Positions 7,145 to 12,774 of a stretch of DNA of 12,774 nucleotides are shown here, one piece after another. The position numbers and the translations under genes were made by a program. Each line of letters opens with the position of its first letter. Position 1 is the stretch's first letter. The notes beneath the pieces were generated by a model. It was not told the origin of the DNA. It saw nothing but the letters and a program-made list of their open reading frames with translations, and did no database searches. The stretch is taken from assembly GCA_030637655.1 (NCBI GenBank), contig DAOWGI010000086.1, positions 1 through 12,774 of the forward strand. Direction: 5' to 3'. Source of the stretch: a candidate division FCPU426 bacterium (GTDB lineage Bacteria; Oederibacteriota; JAAXVQ01; JAUVAV01).

Positions 7145-7177
7145 GCTGTGCTCACCTCACAAGAAAATACATAATAA

Positions 7178-7942
7178 TTACCGTTTTGATCCTTCCCACA
7201 TAATGCCAACAATATATTTGGCGCGTGTGGGTCCCAATAAAAGTGTTATGTTTCGTTCCAATTCGTTTAAAAGATCAATCAATTGTTTCATGTGCATCCG
7301 GCTCTGATCCAGTTTGAGTTTACGGAACGCTTCGCGCACCAACGCTTCTCCCATGTTACCCAATTCCCGGGTCGCAATCTCTATCACCTTGGGAATACGA
7401 AAACGCGTTCTGCGTATAATACCGGCGGACAACAAGCCGTAGAGTATTTGCAGGGCTCTTCCTTTGCATAACCCGCTTTTCTCCCGAACCGTACCCAGGG
7501 AATCATCGCCATTTACACGGGTCAACAGATCCCACTCATCACGCAGCAAATTGAGTTTCATCCATTCTTTTTCACCAGCCACCGGCGCCAACTGCAAGAC
7601 CACTTCATCGCCTGGTAAATATTCCGCCGCTTCTTGGGAAACAATAGTGCGGGATGCTTCCAAAATAAAATTCTCAATCTCTTCCTCATGCCCTTGCTGT
7701 TGTTTGCTGTTTAAGCTTTCGGCTTTTTCAAACTGAAAATAGCCTTTTTTCAAAACCAGCAGGCGCACGACCTCTTCGTGCAATTTGCCGGCGATTTTGG
7801 ACGTTCCAACAATGGTTCCGTCCTGTATGTAAATCTCACCCTCACCGTCTTCTCCTTTTACTCTGAGCTTGCCGGTCTGACGGTGCACAGCCAACAATCG
7901 CAGCATTCCACCAACACTCACATTGGATAGCTCCGCAAACAT
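7178..7942 (-). CDS. DUF4388/PATAN domain protein with a winged-helix-like middle region and a small helical C-terminal domain
   Basis: N-terminal ELSNVSVGGMLRLLAVHRQTGKLRV...GEIYIQDGTIV...KKGYFQFE matches the DUF4388 pattern. EWDLLTRVNG...SGL...LYGLLSAGII is the usual downstream HTH-like segment. Confidence 0.8.
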   Translation of the reverse strand: MFAELSNVSVGGMLRLLAVHRQTGKLRVKGEDGEGEIYIQDGTIVGTSKIAGKLHEEVVRLLVLKKGYFQFEKAESLNSKQQQGHEEEIENFILEASRTIVSQEAAEYLPGDEVVLQLAPVAGEKEWMKLNLLRDEWDLLTRVNGDDSLGTVREKSGLCKGRALQILYGLLSAGIIRRTRFRIPKVIEIATRELGNMGEALVREAFRKLKLDQSRMHMKQLIDLLNELERNITLLLGPTRAKYIVGIMWEGSKR

Positions 7943-8046
7943 AAGTCTTGCCTGCCTTTTTGATTTATTTACATTATTATTTTCGACTGATAAAAAAGGA
8001 ACTTTAGTGCCTTCAGAAACTTTCCGCCTAAAATATACTGCAGCCG

Positions 8047-8652
8047 TTAATCTTTTTGGTATAGATGATACAGTTCAATGTATTGACTCACTTTTTTTGG
8101 CACCAGATAGCGGACGCTCTTTTGGTGACGAATTTTTTTCCTGATCTTAGTGGAAGAAATATCCAAAGCGCTGACCCGAAAGAAGGAAATAAGGCTCAAT
8201 ATTGAGGCAGGAAAATCCGCCGCCATTTTGGCTTGTATGGCCTGCAGGGGAGTGCCTGGCCGGGAAACAGCCACAATCCGGCAATATTCGAACAATTGTT
8301 CGGATTGGTACCATTTCTTCAGTTTGAGCATCTGATCAGCGCCAATAATCAGATAGAACTCATCTTTGGGATGCGCTTGAGATAGCTTGATCAGAGTGTC
8401 AATGGTATAGGATTTGCCTGGCCGCTGCAGCTCTACCGGCGACGTGCTAAAATTAGCATTCCCGGAGATGGCACAACGGACCATATTCAACCGGTGCGCG
8501 GCCGAAGTCTCCGGTTGGCGGCGATGCGGAGGAATCCCAGAGGGAATAAATATTACGCGTTCCAATTGGCAGCATTCCGCCACCTCTTCGGCCACACGCA
8601 AATGCCCCAAATGGACCGGATCAAAAGTCCCGCCGAAAACACCAATACGCAC
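8047..8652 (-). CDS. nadD: Nicotinate-nucleotide adenylyltransferase
   Basis: GVFGGTFDPVHLGH (HxGH), SYTIDTL, IIGAD and DISSTKIR motifs. GTG start with AAGGAGG RBS. Confidence 0.97.
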   Translation of the reverse strand: MRIGVFGGTFDPVHLGHLRVAEEVAECCQLERVIFIPSGIPPHRRQPETSAAHRLNMVRCAISGNANFSTSPVELQRPGKSYTIDTLIKLSQAHPKDEFYLIIGADQMLKLKKWYQSEQLFEYCRIVAVSRPGTPLQAIQAKMAADFPASILSLISFFRVSALDISSTKIRKKIRHQKSVRYLVPKKVSQYIELYHLYQKD

Positions 8653-8748
8653 TTTTCCCTCCTTGAATCATAGATGTGAATTATTATAAATTCAAAAATT
8701 AGTACGTTCTTATATCTATCCTGTCTATTGGTCAGTTGTGGCGATATT

Positions 8749-10005
8749 TTATGATCGTATTTGTCCTTGTCCGCGGACGATGAATTTCGTAGTCGTTAGT
8801 TCCCGGATACCCATGGGTCCACGGGCATGCAGTTTCTGAGTCGAGATTCCAATCTCCGCACCCAAGCCGAACTGGCCGCCATCTGTAAAGCGTGTAGACG
8901 CGTTTACCAGTACGGCAGCAGCATCCACTTCCCGCAAAAAACGTTCCGCATGCAAATAATCCTGGGTCACAATGGCTTCCGAATGACCACTGCCGTAAAT
9001 GGCTATATGATCGATCGCCTCCTGTATATTAGCCACAATTTTCACGGCCAGAATCAGATCCAGATATTCAGTTTTCCAATCCTCTTCTGTGGCTTCTTTG
9101 GCAGCCGGATAAATTTCCCGTACCCGTTCACAAGCGCGCACTTCGACTCCGGCATTGGTAAAACGGGAGAGCAATTCCGGTAATATCCGTACCGCAATAT
9201 TAGCATGCACCAGCAGGGTTTCGGCGGCATTGCATACGCCCGGACGCTGGACCTTGGCATTATAGGCAATCTCTTCCGCCATCCGGATTTCCGCATGCGA
9301 ATCAATATACACATGGCAATTTCCATCTCCGTGCCGGATCACCGGCACCCGAGCATTTTCCGCCACCCATTGCAGAAATTTTTTACTGCCACGCGGTATC
9401 ACACAATCAATATACCCTTCCAGTTTCAATAATTCCGCCACTGCTTTGCGATCGGTAGTCCTGACTACTTGCGCGCTTGCTGCCGGCAGACCGGCAGCTT
9501 GAATCCCCTCTGTTATAAAAATGCCGATAGCTCGGTTGCTTTCTGCTGCTTCGGTTCCGCCACGCAGAATCACTGCATTGCCGGATTTCAAACACAGACC
9601 GGCGGCATCGGAGGTCACATTGGGCCGGGCTTCATACACCATGCCTATGACACCCAACGGAACCCGCATACGGCCTACGCGCAAACCATTGGGCCGGACA
9701 ATCTCATGTTCCACTTCTCCTACCGGATCCGGCAGTTCGGCAATCTCGCGCAAACCATTGGCCATATCTTTTACACGTTTCTCATTTAACGTCAAACGAT
9801 CCAACATGGCGCCGGTTGTCCCGGCCTCACGGGCTGCTCGCAGATCTTTCTCATTGGCAGCCAATATTTCAACCTTATTGGCCTCTATGTTGTCCGCCAT
9901 ATTGCACAAGGCACGGTTTTTTAATTCAGAACCGGCTAAGGACAAGACCCGGGCTGCTTCCCGGCCGGCTTGTGCCATTTTCAATAATTCATCACGCAGA
10001 CTCAT
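8749..10005 (-). CDS. proA: Glutamate-5-semialdehyde dehydrogenase (gamma-glutamyl phosphate reductase)
   Basis: VPLGVIGMVYEARPNVT, RPGVCNAAETLLVH and NASTRFTDGGQFGLGAEIGISTQKLHARGPMG motifs. Confidence 0.98.
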   Translation of the reverse strand: MSLRDELLKMAQAGREAARVLSLAGSELKNRALCNMADNIEANKVEILAANEKDLRAAREAGTTGAMLDRLTLNEKRVKDMANGLREIAELPDPVGEVEHEIVRPNGLRVGRMRVPLGVIGMVYEARPNVTSDAAGLCLKSGNAVILRGGTEAAESNRAIGIFITEGIQAAGLPAASAQVVRTTDRKAVAELLKLEGYIDCVIPRGSKKFLQWVAENARVPVIRHGDGNCHVYIDSHAEIRMAEEIAYNAKVQRPGVCNAAETLLVHANIAVRILPELLSRFTNAGVEVRACERVREIYPAAKEATEEDWKTEYLDLILAVKIVANIQEAIDHIAIYGSGHSEAIVTQDYLHAERFLREVDAAAVLVNASTRFTDGGQFGLGAEIGISTQKLHARGPMGIRELTTTKFIVRGQGQIRS

Positions 10006-10026
10006 GAATGCTCCTCCCTTTATTAT

Positions 10027-10076
10027 GTAGAGACGCAGTAGATACGCAGTAGAGACGTAGCATGCTACGTCTCTAC
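10027..10076. repeat. GTAG-family REP palindrome preceded by two 11-bp partial copies of its left arm
   Basis: GTAGAGACGCA (10027-10037), GTAGATACGCA (10038-10048), then perfect palindrome GTAGAGACGTAGCATGCTACGTCTCTAC (10049-10076). Confidence 0.8.
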
Positions 10077-10120
10077 AATAACGTATTACAACAATGTATT
10101 ATAATAACGTATTACAACAA
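10076..10120. repeat. 13-bp tandem repeat (three and a half copies) overlapping the proB stop codon
   Basis: CAATAACGTATTA / CAACAATGTATTA / TAATAACGTATTA / CAACAA. Confidence 0.75.
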
Positions 10121-11239
10121 AGCCAAATCATCGCGATGAATAACCTCATCGCTGTTTATAAAACCTAATATTTTCTGAATTTCGGAACTTTTCTTTCCCA
10201 GTATTTGCTTAATTTCTTCTGAGTTGTATTTAACTAAACCATGCGCAAAACGAACTCCTTTTTCGTCCGCCAGAACCACGCACTCCCCTTGCTGAAAAAT
10301 ATCCGCAGCTGAACTTTTAATTCCTGACGGCAACAGACTTTTGCCGCCCTCTTTCACCGCGCGTACAGCTCCTTGATCTAAAACCAACATGCCTTTGGGT
10401 TTTAGCGAATAAGCAATCCAACGTTTTTTTGCAGCTTGCTTATCTGCCTGCGGATAAAAAATGGTCCCAATTTCCTCTCCGGCCATGATGCGCAACAACA
10501 CATTTTTTATTCTGCCGTTGGCAACAATAAGTTCTTCGCCCATTTTGGTAACTTTTTTCGCGGCTTCCAATTTGGTGACCATACCGCCGGTTCCCAACTC
10601 ATTGTTGGATAAGTTTGCCATTTTGGTTATAGTCTGCGTAATCCGCTCCACCTGATGAATCAGCTTGGCTTGAGGATCTTTGTTCGGATCACCGGTATAC
10701 AGTCCGTTTACATCCGTTAAAATAATCAAGGCATCGGCCTCAGTCAGATTGGTAACCTGGGCAGAGAGTTCGTCATTGTCTCCAAACTTAATCTCCTTGA
10801 CGACCACTGTATCATTCTCATTCACAATTGGAATAACCTTCATTTTAAACAATTCAAAGATGGCATTGCGCGCATTGGAATAGCGTTGCCGGTGATTGAT
10901 GTCTTCCGCGGTCAGTAAAATTTGGCTGGTTAAAAGCCCCCTGCGCTTAAAACTCTCAGTATAGGCTTGCATGAGTTGTGGCTGACCGATGGCCGCCATG
11001 GCTTGTTTGGCAGGAATAGTCCGCGGACGGGTCCTGGCATTGGTAGCCAGCATACCGGCACCCACAGCGCCGGAAGAGACCAGGATGACTTCTATACCTA
11101 GCTGTTTTAAATGAGCAATTTCCCGGGCTAATTTACCTATAAAGCGTTTATTGAGCAAACCGGTGTCTGTGGTCAACAAAGCCGTCCCGATCTTCACTAC
11201 AATGCGTTTGGCTTTTTTCAAGAGTTGTCTGCGTTCCAT
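10112..11239 (-). CDS. proB: Glutamate 5-kinase with C-terminal PUA domain
   Basis: RIVVKIGT, VSSGAVGAG, PIVNENDTV, FGDNDELSA, GTGGMVTKL motifs; PUA region KSLLPSGI...VIHRDDL. Confidence 0.98.
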   Translation of the reverse strand: MERRQLLKKAKRIVVKIGTALLTTDTGLLNKRFIGKLAREIAHLKQLGIEVILVSSGAVGAGMLATNARTRPRTIPAKQAMAAIGQPQLMQAYTESFKRRGLLTSQILLTAEDINHRQRYSNARNAIFELFKMKVIPIVNENDTVVVKEIKFGDNDELSAQVTNLTEADALIILTDVNGLYTGDPNKDPQAKLIHQVERITQTITKMANLSNNELGTGGMVTKLEAAKKVTKMGEELIVANGRIKNVLLRIMAGEEIGTIFYPQADKQAAKKRWIAYSLKPKGMLVLDQGAVRAVKEGGKSLLPSGIKSSAADIFQQGECVVLADEKGVRFAHGLVKYNSEEIKQILGKKSSEIQKILGFINSDEVIHRDDLALL

Positions 11240-11261
11240 CTTAAGGCCATCCCGGATAAAT

Positions 11262-11291
11262 GTAGGGGCACGGCTTAGCCTAAGCCCCTAC
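11262..11291. repeat. GTAG-family REP element (imperfect palindrome)
   Basis: GTAGGGGC-ACGGCTTAGCCTAA-GCCCCTAC between obgE and proB. Confidence 0.7.
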
Positions 11292-11300
11292 GACATTATA

Positions 11301-12584
11301 TTACATATCTTCTTTGAATAGAAATTCTTCCTTGCCTACAATAAGGGTATCATCTTCCGCCACTTTATAGGTCTTAAATGCTTCTGTCAATCCGATGCGG
11401 TCGAAAACCGCTTTCAACTTTGTGACCGCTTCTTCATTGTTAAAATCTGTCATGGCCACCCATTTTTCCGGCTCTTTTCCGAAAACCCGCCAGACTCCCG
11501 GTTCTACGTTCTCAATACGGAAACGAGGGGCCGGCCCGGTAATGACTTTTTTAGCAATCAGCGCGACCAATGGTTCATCCGGTAAAGTTTTTAAAAGCGC
11601 GTAAGTATGCTGCCTGAGTTCCTTTACACCTTGCCGGGATGCCGCTGATATCACAAAAACATCATATCCTTGTTTTTTAAAATCTTTCACCAGCGTCTGC
11701 ACTGCTTTTTTATCTGAAATTAAATCCACTTTGTTCAGTACCACAATCTGCGGTCGCCGGGCAATCTTTGGATTGTACAATGCCAACTCCCGATTGATTG
11801 TGGCAAAATCCTTAAGCGGATGCACTTCCGGAAATCCAATGTCCACAATATGAATCAAGAGTTTGGTTCTTTCCACGTGACGTAAAAACTCGTGTCCCAA
11901 GCCAATGCCTTGCGCGGCACCCTCAATCAACCCCGGAATATCCACCATCACAAAACTGGCGCCGGTATCAATTTTGACCACGCCCAAATTGGGGGTCAAG
12001 GTAGTGAAGGGATAATCCGCGATTTTCGGTTCTGCCGCGGAGCAAGCGCCCAGCAAGGTGGATTTGCCGGCATTGGGCAGACCCACCAAACCCACGTCTG
12101 CAAGTAGTTTAAGTTCCAGGATCAAATCCTTTTCTTCACCCGGTTCTCCCTTTTCCGCCAGTTTAGGCGCGCGCCGCAAGGCTGTGGCAAAATGCACATT
12201 CCCTCGTCCCCCACGTCCGCCTTTGGCAATAATCACTTTTTGATCCGATTCGCTCAAATCCGCGACCACTTCGCCTTGTATGGTATAAACCATCGTACCT
12301 TGTGGAACACGAACCACATAATCCTTGGCTTGCCTGCCATATCTTTTCTTTCCAGTACCCGGATTGCCGGGATCCGCCACAAACTCTTTGCGAAACGAAA
12401 AATCCACCAGCGTCTTTAAGCTGCGGTCCGCCACAAAAATAATATGCCCGCCGTGTCCGCCATCACCGCCATCCGGACCGCCTAAGGGCACAAACTTCTC
12501 ACGGTGAAAATGGGATGAGCCATTTCCGCCGCGTCCGGCCTGCACACGAATTTGGGCACGATCAATAAATAAATTCTTTTTCAT
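11301..12584 (-). CDS. obgE: GTPase ObgE/CgtA with a DUF1967-type C-terminal domain
   Basis: Gly-rich Obg fold (REKFVPLGGPDGGDGG), G1 GLPNAGKST, G2 YPFTT, G3 DIPG, G4 NKVD, G5 ISA. C-terminal ...TDFNNEEAV...IGL...DTLIVGKEEF. Confidence 0.98.
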   Translation of the reverse strand: MKKNLFIDRAQIRVQAGRGGNGSSHFHREKFVPLGGPDGGDGGHGGHIIFVADRSLKTLVDFSFRKEFVADPGNPGTGKKRYGRQAKDYVVRVPQGTMVYTIQGEVVADLSESDQKVIIAKGGRGGRGNVHFATALRRAPKLAEKGEPGEEKDLILELKLLADVGLVGLPNAGKSTLLGACSAAEPKIADYPFTTLTPNLGVVKIDTGASFVMVDIPGLIEGAAQGIGLGHEFLRHVERTKLLIHIVDIGFPEVHPLKDFATINRELALYNPKIARRPQIVVLNKVDLISDKKAVQTLVKDFKKQGYDVFVISAASRQGVKELRQHTYALLKTLPDEPLVALIAKKVITGPAPRFRIENVEPGVWRVFGKEPEKWVAMTDFNNEEAVTKLKAVFDRIGLTEAFKTYKVAEDDTLIVGKEEFLFKEDM

Positions 12585-12620
12585 ACTCGTTCCTGTTGTA
12601 CAGTATTCTTTTAATCCATT

Positions 12621-12652
12621 AAAAAAAAAGCCCTAAGGCGGACCTTAGGACT
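12621..12652 (-). terminator. Intrinsic terminator between the upstream gene and obgE
   Basis: Minus strand AGTCCTAAGG-TCCG-CCTTAGGGCT running into a T9 tract. Confidence 0.85.
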
Positions 12653-12673
12653 CATGACTTTCGTAGATTCGCC

Positions 12674-12774
12674 TTAGGCGCCGGCTGCATCCTCCGAGGG
12701 GGTTACTTTCGTTTCCGGCTCAAGTGTTGCAGTTGCGGTTTCTGTTGCCAACACAGTAGCTTTTTCAGCTTGCA
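12674..12774 (-). CDS. 3' end of a gene truncated by the window edge; low-complexity acidic/Thr/Ala tail. By synteny possibly 50S protein L27 with a C-terminal extension
   Basis: Open frame QAEKATVLATETATATLEPETKVTPSEDAAGA* ending TAA at 12676-12674, directly followed by a terminator. Identity rests only on the common rplU-rpmA-obg gene order. Confidence 0.5.
   Translation of the reverse strand, partial: QAEKATVLATETATATLEPETKVTPSEDAAGA

Noticed and set aside
10027-10120. Possible mini-CRISPR array
   Set aside because: Units are 11-13 bp and directly adjacent, with no unique spacers and no cas genes.
6209-12507. Plus-strand ORFs opposite the receiver, nadD, proA, proB and obgE genes (e.g. 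6209-6598, 9521-10030)
   Set aside because: They are antisense shadow frames of conserved genes.
8600-12584. obgE-proB-proA-nadD gene order as a novelty
   Set aside because: This is a common conserved bacterial neighbourhood.

Overview
Bacterial window with three parts. (1) 1-1393 (minus strand) holds the 5' part of a group II intron. Its 5' end is GUGCG at 1393, right after a REP-like hairpin, and a 5-nt EBS1/IBS1 match supports that junction. Its reverse transcriptase is broken by a 1-nt frameshift near 680 and by the 5' end of a second, RmInt1/class D-like group II intron inserted one base after the YADD codons, making a nested intron that runs off the window edge. (2) 1708-5798 (+) is a coupled gene pair: a secreted repeat protein with a T9SS type A/FlgD-like C-terminal domain, and a PorV-like beta-barrel fused to TPRs. 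(3) 5914-12774 (minus) runs from the 3' end of an upstream gene (possibly rpmA) through obgE, proB, proA and nadD to an uncharacterised module: a DUF4388/PATAN protein, two probably paralogous 3-TM proteins and a stand-alone receiver domain. Intergenic spaces contain three different GTAG-type REP palindromes, a twin-hairpin IS200/IS605-end-like element, short tandem repeats and two intrinsic terminators. All family assignments come from motif recognition by eye, with no database searches.
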